Source: Planctomycetota bacterium
GTDB taxonomy: Bacteria > Planctomycetota > PLA2 > JAEUHO01
NCBI GenBank assembly: GCA_965222115.1
Contig: CBDCTJ010000007.1
Span: 1,568,001 to 1,632,000, forward strand
DNA: 64,000 nt
Reading direction: 5' to 3'
Shown here: positions 18,526 to 28,219 of the stretch, in pieces
How positions within the stretch are numbered: the stretch's first letter is position 1
Layout of the letters: every line of letters begins with the position of its first letter
Notes under the pieces: generated by a model
What the model was told of the DNA's origin: nothing
Databases searched by the model: none
The model's input: the letters and a program-made list of their open reading frames with translations, nothing else
Made by a program: the position numbers and the translations under genes

Positions 18526-19062
18526 ATGTCCGATGGTTCGTTCCTGAGCGATATCAAAACGCTGCGTGAGCGCGCGCGTAAACACATCGAGAAGGGTGCT
18601 CTTACCGAAGGCTACCGCGCCGATGTCGATACGATTCTCAAGTTACTCAATGAAGCGCTGGCCACGGAGATTGTCTGCGTGCTGCGCTACAAGCGCCACT
18701 ACTTCATGGCGGAAGGCATGAATGCACCCGCCGCGCAGGCCGAATTTCTTGAGCATGCTAACGAGGAGCAGATGCACGCGGACCGACTTGCGGCACGCAT
18801 CGTGCAGTTGGGTGGAGAACCCAATTTTAGCCCCGAAGGCTTGGCCACGCGCAGTCACTCGGAATACGTTCCCGGCGAAACACTCAGAGAGATGATCGAG
18901 GAAGACCTTGTCGCGGAACGCATCGCGATCGAGAGCTATGGCGAGATGATTCGCTATATCGGCGATAAGGACCCCACAACCCGCCGACTGCTTGAAGACC
19001 TATTGGCGATTGAGGAGGAGCACGCAGACGATCTCGTGGGACTTCTGAAGCAAGAGGCGTAG
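18526..19062 (+). CDS. Bacterioferritin-like / ferritin-like protein
   Basis: Ferroxidase-type motifs EIVC...EEQMH...DLVAERIAIESY...EEEHADD; GGAG RBS before ATG 18526. Confidence 0.9.
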   Translation: MSDGSFLSDIKTLRERARKHIEKGALTEGYRADVDTILKLLNEALATEIVCVLRYKRHYFMAEGMNAPAAQAEFLEHANEEQMHADRLAARIVQLGGEPNFSPEGLATRSHSEYVPGETLREMIEEDLVAERIAIESYGEMIRYIGDKDPTTRRLLEDLLAIEEEHADDLVGLLKQEA

Positions 19063-19160
19063 GCACCGAAGTGGCCCCACGACGAGCACGCGTCGGCGTG
19101 ATCAACATGTTTAGGCGCCGTGCGCTACTCAGCGAAGCGCTACCGCGTGGGGCAGCGTTT

Positions 19161-19400
19161 TTACGGGAACGTGGTGCCATCCGTTTTGTAGCCAGGCGTA
19201 AAGTTGACACCCACTTCTACGTTGTAGTGTTGGTCAAACATAGCGGGCGTGGACCATGTGCCCTCGTCAACACGCTGCAGGCTCACGCCGTCTTCCCACT
19301 CTGGACCGGGTCCGCCTGAACCGAAGTAGTCGTAGCGGAAAAGCTCCGTCGACTGATCCGGCGTGAGCAACATGACGCTGTCTCCCGGTGAGCTGTTCTC
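19161..19400 (-). pseudogene. Probable C-terminal remnant of a lamin-tail-domain-like protein (or a 70-aa small protein from ATG 19373)
   Basis: GDSVMLL...YDY...GVSLQR...W...FTPG pattern with no N-terminal half upstream. Confidence 0.4.
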
Positions 19401-19602
19401 CTCATTTACCCAGCGGACTCGTCTGTTCAGAGGCCTGTTATGCTGCTGAAAGGCACGACAAGTCGCGGACTCGCGTGTTGCAGGCAAATCGGCACAGAAT
19501 TCACATCAGCCTCCTTGAGACTTGATCGACGTTATGCTCGTCTGTGCTTAACTCACGTTGAGGATCCCCCGACGGATTGGGCGAAACGTAGGAGATAGTT
19601 CG

Positions 19603-20637
19603 ATGACTGAGTCAACGCCCGCATCGGTGGACAAGTCCGCCATCAATGAAACGGACGCCGGTGGCAAGGCGGGCCCCTTGGCCGACGTCGATAGTGCGGC
19701 GATAGATGGCAGCGCCGCTATCGAAGCTACCGCGCGTGTGAGCGATGATTCCAAAGCGAAGAGGGGGTCGGCGCGTCCTTCCGACGATCGTTCGAAGCGC
19801 AAGAAGAATCGCAAGGTTGAGCATGCACGCCGTCGAGACGTCTTTCGCAACGGCATCTATCCGTACGCGACCAAGCTCAAGCGCAAAGAATATGAGAAGC
19901 AGAAGGCCGACCTTCAGATCGAACTGCTCAAAGTCATGTCCTGGGTCAAGGAAACCGGTCAGCGCGTCGTCGCACTCTTTGAGGGGCGTGACGCCGCAGG
20001 CAAGGGTGGCACCATCAAGCGCTTCATGGAGCACCTCAATCCGCGCGCGGCGCGCGTGGTGGCGCTTGAGAAGCCCACCGACATGGAACAGGGGCAGTGG
20101 TACTTCCAACGTTATGTCCAACACCTACCCACCCGCGGCGAAATCGTTCTTTTTGACCGCAGTTGGTACAACCGCGCCGGGGTCGAGCGCGTCATGGGAT
20201 TTTGTACGTCAAGGCAGTACCTTGAATTCATGCGTCAAGCTCCGCAGTTGGAACGGATGCTTGTTCAGGATGGTGTGCACATGTTCAAGTACTGGTTCTC
20301 GGTCTCGCAAGCCGAGCAGACCCGGCGGTTTCAGTCCCGCGAGCATGACCCGCTGAAACAGTGGAAGCTGAGTCCCATCGACCGTGTATCCCGTGAGAAG
20401 TGGGCGGAGTACACATCCGCCAAAGAGGCCATGTTCTTCTACACCGATACGGCCGATGCGCCCTGGACGGTAATCAAATCGGACGACAAGAAGCGCGCAC
20501 GCCTCAATTGCATGCGTCACTTCCTTTCGGGACTCGATTACCCTCAAAAGGACGTATCGATCGTGGGGCAGCCCGATCCCTTAATTGTGGGGACACCGGA
20601 TTTGGTGTTGGAGCTTGATCGCCACCAAATTTCGTAG
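19603..20637 (+). CDS. ppk2: Polyphosphate kinase 2 (class I)
   Basis: FEGRDAAGKGG, FDRSWYNRAGVERVMGF, WKLSPID, DDKKRARLN; AGGAG RBS. Confidence 0.97.
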   Translation: MTESTPASVDKSAINETDAGGKAGPLADVDSAAIDGSAAIEATARVSDDSKAKRGSARPSDDRSKRKKNRKVEHARRRDVFRNGIYPYATKLKRKEYEKQKADLQIELLKVMSWVKETGQRVVALFEGRDAAGKGGTIKRFMEHLNPRAARVVALEKPTDMEQGQWYFQRYVQHLPTRGEIVLFDRSWYNRAGVERVMGFCTSRQYLEFMRQAPQLERMLVQDGVHMFKYWFSVSQAEQTRRFQSREHDPLKQWKLSPIDRVSREKWAEYTSAKEAMFFYTDTADAPWTVIKSDDKKRARLNCMRHFLSGLDYPQKDVSIVGQPDPLIVGTPDLVLELDRHQIS

Positions 20638-20724
20638 GTGTCTCGCGCACCGTAGACTCTTTGCCTGAGGCGGCTCTTCCACGTTATGCCCGCCTCAGGT
20701 CACTCCGTGTTCAAGGAGCCACGC

Positions 20725-21204
20725 GTGCGAGTCGGCATTGGCTACGACATTCATCCATTTGAACCAGGGCGGGTCCTCGTGCTCGGCGGCATCAAGATGG
20801 ACGGTGCGTGGGGACTTAAAGGTCATTCCGACGCCGACGTTGTGCTGCACGCCATTGCCGATGCGCTGCTCGGTGCGGCGGGGCTTGGCGACTTGGGAGA
20901 CCACTTTCCCGATACCGATCCGCAGTGGAAGGACGTGCCGTCCGCCGTGCTGGTTTCCGAAGTCATGACGAAGGTGCGGGCGAAGGGGTGGCGCGTCGTG
21001 AATGCCGATGTGACGGTTATCGCCGAGCGGCCAAAGATAGCGACCTATCGACACGCCATGATCGAGCGCATCGCTGCACTTCTCGATGTGACGGCTCGAG
21101 AAATCAATGTGAAGGCCACCACACACGAAGGGTTGGGCGCCGTGGGTCGGGGCGAGGGCATTGCCACACAGGCCGTGGTGTTGCTCGCGGACGCAGATGC
21201 ATGA
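20725..21204 (+). CDS. ispF: 2-C-methyl-D-erythritol 2,4-cyclodiphosphate synthase
   Basis: RVGIGYDIH, GHSDADVVLHAIADALLGA, NVKATTHEGLG; AAGGAG RBS before the GTG start. Confidence 0.97.
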   Translation: MRVGIGYDIHPFEPGRVLVLGGIKMDGAWGLKGHSDADVVLHAIADALLGAAGLGDLGDHFPDTDPQWKDVPSAVLVSEVMTKVRAKGWRVVNADVTVIAERPKIATYRHAMIERIAALLDVTAREINVKATTHEGLGAVGRGEGIATQAVVLLADADA

Positions 21205-21734
21205 TTCGCTATGTTGTGCTCGCGACTTGCGTCAGCTTGGTTGCTGTGTGCGGTTGTAGCGGTATCTCCGACAATACGCGCGAGATCATCGCCAATGTGA
21301 AGAGCCTTCGTTTTGGATCCATGACGCAACTACGCGAGAGACGGGATACGGGCCCGTTTCGAACTTACGCGGTTGCACCACGCGCCATGTTGGACATCCT
21401 CGAGCGGGCCGCACGTAAGGCGCGCGGCGAAGGCGGAAAGCCCGTTAAAGCGGTATTCGTCTCAGAACGAAAGCTTGAGGTCGTCGCGAAAGAGCGTGAA
21501 CCCGAGTTCTCCGAGCAGACTGGCTACAGCGATCAGTTCGTGTCGGCCATGCTCGCCGTGGTGCATCCTGTAGCAAGTGACCCCAATCAGTGCCGCGTTG
21601 AGATACACGAGATACGCGGCGGGCCGCTCCACCGCGGCGTAGTCAACTGGGAAGCCGACATGCCTCGCTGGATTGATGAAGTCATGCGCGAACCAATCTC
21701 GAATCCACACACAGAGCAGCCCGCACCGAAATAG
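21201..21734 (+). CDS. Putative lipoprotein
   Basis: ATGA overlap with the ispF stop; signal peptide with lipobox-like AVCGC-SG. Confidence 0.65.
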   Translation: MIRYVVLATCVSLVAVCGCSGISDNTREIIANVKSLRFGSMTQLRERRDTGPFRTYAVAPRAMLDILERAARKARGEGGKPVKAVFVSERKLEVVAKEREPEFSEQTGYSDQFVSAMLAVVHPVASDPNQCRVEIHEIRGGPLHRGVVNWEADMPRWIDEVMREPISNPHTEQPAPK

Positions 21735-21741
21735 CCGACGT

Positions 21742-22197
21742 TTACGTTTCTTTCGCGGTGATCTTGATCATCCGGTCGCCTTGTCCAATGGACGTCACGA
21801 CGTCCAGTCCGTCGGTGACCTTGCCAAACACCGTGTGATTGCCGTCCAAGTGAGGCGTATCCCTAAGTGTGATGAAAAACTGGCTACCGCCCGTATTTCG
21901 GCCCGCGTGGGCCATGCTCAAGATGCCGGCCGATTCGTGCTTCTTGGGATTGTTGTCCACCTCGCACTTAATCTTGTAGCCGGGACCGCCTGTGCCGGGC
22001 ATGCCGCTCGCGCCTTCACGGGTGTTGGGGCACCCGCCCTGAATCACGAAGTTTGGCACCACCCGGTGAAACGTAAGTCCGTCATAAAAGCCCTTCTGTA
22101 TCAGGGTCACGAAGTTTTCGACGGTCTTGGGGGCCTCGGCATCGAATAACTCGAGTTCGATGTTGCCCTTGCCGGTTTCAATCGTTGCGGTCCACAT
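21742..22197 (-). CDS. Cyclophilin-type peptidyl-prolyl isomerase
   Basis: [43 protein letters not shown]. Confidence 0.96.
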   Translation of the reverse strand: MWTATIETGKGNIELELFDAEAPKTVENFVTLIQKGFYDGLTFHRVVPNFVIQGGCPNTREGASGMPGTGGPGYKIKCEVDNNPKKHESAGILSMAHAGRNTGGSQFFITLRDTPHLDGNHTVFGKVTDGLDVVTSIGQGDRMIKITAKET

Positions 22198-22601
22198 GCG
22201 TTTGGGTCTCCTGGCACCCCGAAGCCTCGCGGGGGCAGTTAATGGCGCAGGAAGGTTAACCGCTGGCGCAGCCCCCTCGATGGTTTTCCCTGTAACCTCC
22301 CCAAACTTGCGGCGTTCCAGGGGTAGGGCGCCGACGCGCGACCGGATCCAAGGAGCCTCGGATCCAGCGAGCATCGGAAGCTGCGATGTCCTCGTGGCGG
22401 CGCCCGCCTATCAAACCATTCAAGCCATGGTCTGTTCGGGGTCATGGTCCAATGAGGACGCGCCCTTGTGAGGCGAGACGTTTTTTGGATCCAATCGTTT
22501 TGTTCGATCAAAGCAATTGCGGGTCCATTGGCCGGAGTCGGACGTTGATTCGAATCGTGCGAGAGATCTTGAGAACCCCAGATGCTCCGCGTCTACGTTC
22601 C

Positions 22602-23828
22602 ATGGCGTCCATGGGCTGTGCTTGCGCACTGACCTTGTTCTGCATTGCGGCCTCAAGTCATCGGTCGATCAGCGCCTCAGAAGAGCAGGTTCCCGCGAAC
22701 AAGTCCTCGGCGAATGATGACGCCGACGCACTAAAGGCTGTCAAGGACGACGCCGTGGCGGCGTACCGGCTTGCCCTGCGCGCTGAGCACAACCAGAACA
22801 AGGCGCTAGCCACGAAAGCGCTTGAAGCCGTGATTAAGCTCGATCCAAATCACCGCGCGGCCCGCCGCGCCCTCGGCTACGAAAAGGTGGACACTCGTTG
22901 GCTTCGCGGCGCCGAACTCTATCGTGCGCGTGGATTCGTTCACTACAAACAGCGCTGGATGACGGCGACCGAGTTTGCCGACGCCACGCGACCGCAACGT
23001 GAAGCGGCAGAACAAAAGCGCGGTGAAGCCCGTGTGTTGATCCAGTTGGCTCGTGTCACCGATGTAAATCCCGATGTCGTCGCCTCGGCCAAGCGTGCAA
23101 TCGCCACGATGGACGATCGCTTCAAGTTGGCGCCCATGGCGCAGGCGCTTCGATGTGAACCGCCTGCCCTGCGCATCTACGCTGCTGAGACCCTGGGGCG
23201 GATGGGGAACCCGCTGGCTGTTCCCGCATTGCTCAAGCGTGCGATTCACGACGATCAAGAATCCGTGCGTGAAATTGCGGTGGATGCACTTCGCGCCATT
23301 GATTCGCCGGCCACCGTCGTGCCGCTGGGTCGAGCACTTCAGAGTCGTCATCTCGCGGTGCGTGTCAATGCGTCCAAGGCGCTCGCGCGACTCGGCGACA
23401 TTGGCGGCATGCCCTTGATCATCAAGCGGTGGGTCGGTCGCTCGGGCGATTTCCCCCGCGTCTACTTCGCGCAGATGAATCAGGTGAGTTACATCCAAGA
23501 CTTCGACGTGGAAGTTGCGCAGACGTCATTCATTGCCGATCCCATTGTGGGCGTGTTGCAAGAAGGCGTCGTTCATTCGCATAAGATTTTGGCTACCGAG
23601 TACAGCTTCACCACGGTTGAAGCGCCCGCTTACCGCGGTGCATTGGCAAAACTCGCCGGCGTTGATGAAGGCCACCAAGTCGGCGCCTGGGTGAAGTTCT
23701 GGCAGAAAGAGGGCGAGCGCCTCATGACCGAGCGCGCCGAAGCCTACGACAAACGAGCCAAAGTGCGCGAGCGTTCGAAGCGCCGACGATCCGGTGAGCG
23801 AGCACGAGGCGCACCCGCCGCGCGGTAG
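22602..23828 (+). CDS. Exported HEAT-repeat protein with conserved YIQDFDVEVA insert (paralog 1)
   Basis: Signal-like N-terminus (exact start uncertain), DPNHRAARRALGY...W motif, 3-4 HEAT repeats, conserved beta insert. Confidence 0.75.
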   Translation: MASMGCACALTLFCIAASSHRSISASEEQVPANKSSANDDADALKAVKDDAVAAYRLALRAEHNQNKALATKALEAVIKLDPNHRAARRALGYEKVDTRWLRGAELYRARGFVHYKQRWMTATEFADATRPQREAAEQKRGEARVLIQLARVTDVNPDVVASAKRAIATMDDRFKLAPMAQALRCEPPALRIYAAETLGRMGNPLAVPALLKRAIHDDQESVREIAVDALRAIDSPATVVPLGRALQSRHLAVRVNASKALARLGDIGGMPLIIKRWVGRSGDFPRVYFAQMNQVSYIQDFDVEVAQTSFIADPIVGVLQEGVVHSHKILATEYSFTTVEAPAYRGALAKLAGVDEGHQVGAWVKFWQKEGERLMTERAEAYDKRAKVRERSKRRRSGERARGAPAAR

Positions 23829-23837
23829 CGCGAAACG

Positions 23838-24842
23838 ATGAAGAATTCGAGATTCTTAGGAGCGTTCTGTATGTACCACCTGAAGCTACGCACACACGCG
23901 CGACTCATTTTCGCGTGTGTCATCTGCCTATCGGCCAGTGCATTTGCTGGTGCCGACCGGGAAGCCCCAGCAAAGGGAGTTGCTGACGCGCCGACAAACC
24001 GGCAGGGTGCATCCAGCGCGAAGGTGTCAGCCGACGAAGGCTCAACGGAGGCCGCAACCCGGGTGGCAATCAACAAGAGTCCTGCGGTGCGGCGCGCGCG
24101 CGTCTTTCTCGCGTGGATGGCGGGAAAAGACGAGCAACTCAAGGCCCAGGGCAAGGCGTCACTTGAGAAGGAGACCGAGGCGGTTCAATACGCGCTGCTT
24201 CAGGAAGCACTGCGCCACAAGTCGCCTGTTTTGCGTTCGTATGCGGCCAAGCGCCTGTCCAATGTTTCGGTTCCCAAGGGATTCAAGACGCTCCTAACCA
24301 CCGCGCTGCGTGATACAGATCCGTCGGTTCGCGTTACGGCGGCGAAGGCACTCAAGCACCCTGCCTATTCGCGCGCGGTGCATGTGTTTGGGCGGGGTCT
24401 ATTCACCGCGTCCACGGCCATTCAGCGTCGGTCATTGGCAGCGTTGACGTCGATTGGCGACGAGCTCGCCGTGGGCTACATCGTTCAGCGTTGGGAGAAG
24501 CGCAGCGGTGATTTCACCCGCGTCTATTTCATGCAGATGAACCAACTCGGCTACATCCAAGACTTCGATGTTGAGGTTGCGAGTACGTCGTTTATCGCAG
24601 ACCCTGTGGTCGGCGTCTTGCAAGAAGGCGTCTTGCAAGACGTCCGCATCCTTGCCACGTCCCAAGAAGGAACCACCGTCCGCGCCGCCACCTATCGCCG
24701 CGCGCTATCTTCAATCGCGGGCATAGACAAAGGCGCCAAGGTCAGCGCCTGGCGCAAGTACTGGGACACCAAGAAGCACGACCTCGCCACAAAGCGCGCC
24801 AACCGCCTCCGCACCGCCAATCGCCCAACCACTGAACGCTAG
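23838..24842 (+). CDS. Exported HEAT-repeat protein with conserved YIQDFDVEVA insert (paralog 2)
   Basis: Signal peptide (...SASAFA), HEAT repeats (LRDTDPSVRVTAAKAL), same insert as paralog 1. Confidence 0.75.
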   Translation: MKNSRFLGAFCMYHLKLRTHARLIFACVICLSASAFAGADREAPAKGVADAPTNRQGASSAKVSADEGSTEAATRVAINKSPAVRRARVFLAWMAGKDEQLKAQGKASLEKETEAVQYALLQEALRHKSPVLRSYAAKRLSNVSVPKGFKTLLTTALRDTDPSVRVTAAKALKHPAYSRAVHVFGRGLFTASTAIQRRSLAALTSIGDELAVGYIVQRWEKRSGDFTRVYFMQMNQLGYIQDFDVEVASTSFIADPVVGVLQEGVLQDVRILATSQEGTTVRAATYRRALSSIAGIDKGAKVSAWRKYWDTKKHDLATKRANRLRTANRPTTER

Positions 24843-24881
24843 CTTCCTCATGCGCCACAGAAACCAGGTATTTTTGGCGCA

Positions 24882-27800
24882 TTAGCGTTGGTTTCCCGGC
24901 AGTAGCGTGCGCTCGATTCGCCATGCGCGGTCGATTGGCGCAAGCATCAGCTCGTCGAGTTGCGGGGCACGTGCCTCGTGCCACCATGACGACGTATCCT
25001 TCAGGAATTCGTCATCAACGAATTCGACACCGCTACCACTTCTGAGCGCCCATCGTCCCTTCCCTGCGACCGTCGATGTTTGACCCTCGATTAGTCGCAG
25101 GCCGAGCGTTACACCCGTTCCGTCTGTGTCGCGTGATGCAATGATCGAAACACCGGCCACAACTCGCGTCCGATTGACAGCGACGTGTTGTAGTACTGAC
25201 AATACGTCCTTACCCCGCAGCGGTTGACCAATCAATGACTCTGTGAGCTGCTTCAACTTGTCACTGGGTGAAGCACCTGGCGTTTCCCAGTGAACGTCAT
25301 GCACAATGCATGAGAGGCGTCGAATGAGCCAGTCGAGTTGCTCTGCTTCACTCGATGTGGGAGCCTTCACTTGTCTGAGGACGGGAATCACACCTAGCCC
25401 GAGACGTACGAGTACACCCTCCGCACGTGAGCGCTCTTTGTCGTCTGAGGCGCGCTGCCAATGTTGCAATGCAGCCTTTACTCGCTGGCCAGAAACGGGT
25501 TTGGGTTTCGGACGCGTAGGTACCGCTACCGCTTCCAGGTTGTTTGCCTTCCGCCATGTGTTCAGAAAGCGGTAGCGCGTAGTCAACGAAGATGCCATGT
25601 AGGCCGTTTCGTCATAGAGGTAACGATTCGGCCAAAGGAGTCCCAACCGCTTTGCGGCTAGATCGCCGACTCGCTTGGGGTCGAGGTGACGCATATTCGA
25701 CGGTCCGGTATGTGACGTGATTATGCGACGGTCCCGAAGCATTTGGACAAGTAGCGCTTCAAGCAGCATTGACGTCTGTTCTGGGACGAAGACGTCAGAA
25801 AAGAGTATGTGATTGGGCGTCGTTTCCGGCGACAAAGGCGCTTCGCTATTGTCTCGTACGGCAATCTCCCTCGCGACGTAGGCGCAAAGAGCAGGTGAGG
25901 CCTTTTCGATCGACTCCTTCATACGTCGTAGCGACCGTTGCGGATCCGCCTTGCACATAAAACGAATCAGCTCCCTGGGCTCGACGCCCTGCTTCGCCGG
26001 CCCCAAGCTCACAAAACTCACCGTCAACGTGTCACTGGCAAGCGTGTACCAGTCCGGGAGAATCGCATTCAATCCACTGACATCGTCCCGAGCAAGAAGC
26101 GTCTCCGCGGCGGCCAATCGTGGTGCGGCATCACCTTTGCGCGCAAGCGACCGTAGAAGCGCGCTCGCCTCCTTTGTCCGGATCGGTGCCAAGGCACGAG
26201 TTAGCGCACTCGCTCGAAGTGGACCCTTGCTGGCCGCGATCGCGTCTCGTATTGGATCAAGAGCCTGTTTTGGAAAACGAAGCGCGAGTCGCTCAGCCTG
26301 TTTGACAGACGCGGAGGTCCCAGCGCGAATCCCGTCAATGAGGACGGCGGCCTCACCCTTCTTCTTTGCGGACTTCCACCAGTGTTCGACGATCTCTCGC
26401 GGCGTGGGTGACGTATCGTCGACTCGTCGAATGTTGACATCGAATTCTATCCGAGGCGTCTCAACGAACTTGCGTCCCGCAATGTGTTCGAGGAGTGCGT
26501 GAGCAAGTTCATTGACTCGGACGACTCTGAATTGAAAGGGGTGCCAAGTCTTCCATCGACGATCTTGTATCGCCACCCGTGTAAATCGAGTGTCTTCCAG
26601 CGCCTCTATGAGCGCAGGCACCGCTTCATAGCCAAGGCGCTTAAGATGTGTTACGGGCGCTTGGCGCCCCTCTACGATTCGATTGTGAATCGTGAAGCGG
26701 TCTGACAAAAACAGCTTGCCAACGCACCATCGTTGCACATTGGGTAGCGCGCGAACAAGGGTCTTTGGGTCCAGGGTAGCCCCTTGGACGGCTCCTAAAT
26801 CAGGTAGCTTGTAGTGCACCTCTTCAGCCGCCATCGCGCGCAACGTCTCAACGTCCTGAGAATAGTCAACTTGCATTCGTCGCTGAAGATCCTCAAGCGC
26901 TTTCAAGGATTCCCGCCACGTCTTGTGCTCCCTCACAAGGTCGTGCTGCCAACTCGTGTGCAGGCGGTGAATGACGCCACTGCGAAGCTGCTCTACGACG
27001 CTCCACGTGCCGTATCCCGCGTGAAACCGAATGTCGATGCTTCCTACGTGCTTCCAGATTCGCAGCGCAAGCTGCTTCTGTCCTCGACCGTATAGCGCCA
27101 TGGCGATTAGAAATCCTCGCCGTCGGTTGAAATCTGCGAACGCGAAGTCCATAAAGGGGTTGTTCTTTGTCTTCTTCGCCGAATGCTCAAGGCGGGCTAG
27201 TGGTTTGGCTATCTCCCGATCGATCGCTAGCGACTCAATACGCGGGTACCTGCTCGAGCCCGGCAGCTGCTTTGGGAACTTTGCGCGCCGCATCATGACG
27301 TCGAACACCGTCGTGTGAGTAGGCGTTTCGCTAACGACAAATCCATGAACGACGTCGCCCGGTCCGTCGTCTCCCGCAACCCGTGATGCATGGGTAACTT
27401 TGACCATTGGAATCGAACTGACGTCCGGAAGTCCCGTCGTCTTCCACCAGGCGATGGCGCGTTGAAGTCCGGCTTCATCCGCGTCAACGGGAAATCGCAG
27501 TGCGTGTACTTTTCGCCGATTCTCACGCCATTCGTCGGCCTTGAGATTCGTGTACCACTCATCCCACGCTGGTCGATTCCATCCTTCGCCCGATCCCCCA
27601 AACCGTTTTCCCGACACATCTCGAAGGTAACTCCAACCCAAGTGACCAGTTACATTGAGCGAATCGATCAGTATCTTCAGGCCGCGTCGTTCGCCCTGTT
27701 CCGCCAAGGCCCAGGCCAGCGCCAAGCGAACATGGAAGTCCTTTTCGCTTGTCAATTGCTTTGTAAGCCATGGGACCAGTTGATCGGGCGCATAGTGCTC

Positions 27801-27989
27801 GCGCGCAATCGACTTCGCTGATTGCTCGCGAGTTCGTGTGTCATTCGACTCAAACTGCAAGAGCAGCGCCTGCAACTTGGCGTGTGCCGCATTCTTGGCC
27901 GCAGCCTCGTCTTCCTTTGCCCACACAGTCCCGGTTGTCGAAACTGTGAGCACCCCAAACATCACCAAGCACGCGACTACACGCTTCAT
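24882..27989 (-). CDS. Large exported HEAT-repeat-containing protein (~1035 aa)
   Basis: GGAGGT RBS, signal peptide MKRVVACLVMFGVL...VWA-KE, HEAT-like segments (VRLALAWALAEQG; LGYEAVPALIEALED). Confidence 0.75.
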   Translation of the reverse strand: MKRVVACLVMFGVLTVSTTGTVWAKEDEAAAKNAAHAKLQALLLQFESNDTRTREQSAKSIAREHYAPDQLVPWLTKQLTSEKDFHVRLALAWALAEQGERRGLKILIDSLNVTGHLGWSYLRDVSGKRFGGSGEGWNRPAWDEWYTNLKADEWRENRRKVHALRFPVDADEAGLQRAIAWWKTTGLPDVSSIPMVKVTHASRVAGDDGPGDVVHGFVVSETPTHTTVFDVMMRRAKFPKQLPGSSRYPRIESLAIDREIAKPLARLEHSAKKTKNNPFMDFAFADFNRRRGFLIAMALYGRGQKQLALRIWKHVGSIDIRFHAGYGTWSVVEQLRSGVIHRLHTSWQHDLVREHKTWRESLKALEDLQRRMQVDYSQDVETLRAMAAEEVHYKLPDLGAVQGATLDPKTLVRALPNVQRWCVGKLFLSDRFTIHNRIVEGRQAPVTHLKRLGYEAVPALIEALEDTRFTRVAIQDRRWKTWHPFQFRVVRVNELAHALLEHIAGRKFVETPRIEFDVNIRRVDDTSPTPREIVEHWWKSAKKKGEAAVLIDGIRAGTSASVKQAERLALRFPKQALDPIRDAIAASKGPLRASALTRALAPIRTKEASALLRSLARKGDAAPRLAAAETLLARDDVSGLNAILPDWYTLASDTLTVSFVSLGPAKQGVEPRELIRFMCKADPQRSLRRMKESIEKASPALCAYVAREIAVRDNSEAPLSPETTPNHILFSDVFVPEQTSMLLEALLVQMLRDRRIITSHTGPSNMRHLDPKRVGDLAAKRLGLLWPNRYLYDETAYMASSLTTRYRFLNTWRKANNLEAVAVPTRPKPKPVSGQRVKAALQHWQRASDDKERSRAEGVLVRLGLGVIPVLRQVKAPTSSEAEQLDWLIRRLSCIVHDVHWETPGASPSDKLKQLTESLIGQPLRGKDVLSVLQHVAVNRTRVVAGVSIIASRDTDGTGVTLGLRLIEGQTSTVAGKGRWALRSGSGVEFVDDEFLKDTSSWWHEARAPQLDELMLAPIDRAWRIERTLLPGNQR

Positions 27990-28219
27990 CGTCAAGACCT
28001 CCATGCGCCCAATAAACCAGGCTTTCTTGACGCAATTGTCACCGTGCGCCACAAAAGCCTGGCATTTGTGGCGCGTACCCCGTGGAGAGGGGGAAGTTGC
28101 GGAGAAGTGGGATAGGTGTTTGACGGATTGGGCGGGCAACTCTTAGGGACTGGTTGGGTTTCAAAACGCAACATCGAACGGCGAACCGGCCGCGACGATC
28201 CCGCGAAAGGAACAGTCCC

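Noticed and set aside
19071-19319. 82-aa ORF after the bacterioferritin gene
   Set aside because: No RBS or motif; it overlaps a GCCCCACG/CGTGGGGC hairpin and the more protein-like minus-strand fragment.
24612-24642. Tandem 14-15-bp repeat GGCGTCTTGCAAGA(A) and palindrome CGTCTTGCAAGACG
   Set aside because: Explained by the protein sequence GVLQE-GVLQD; only two units, not an array.
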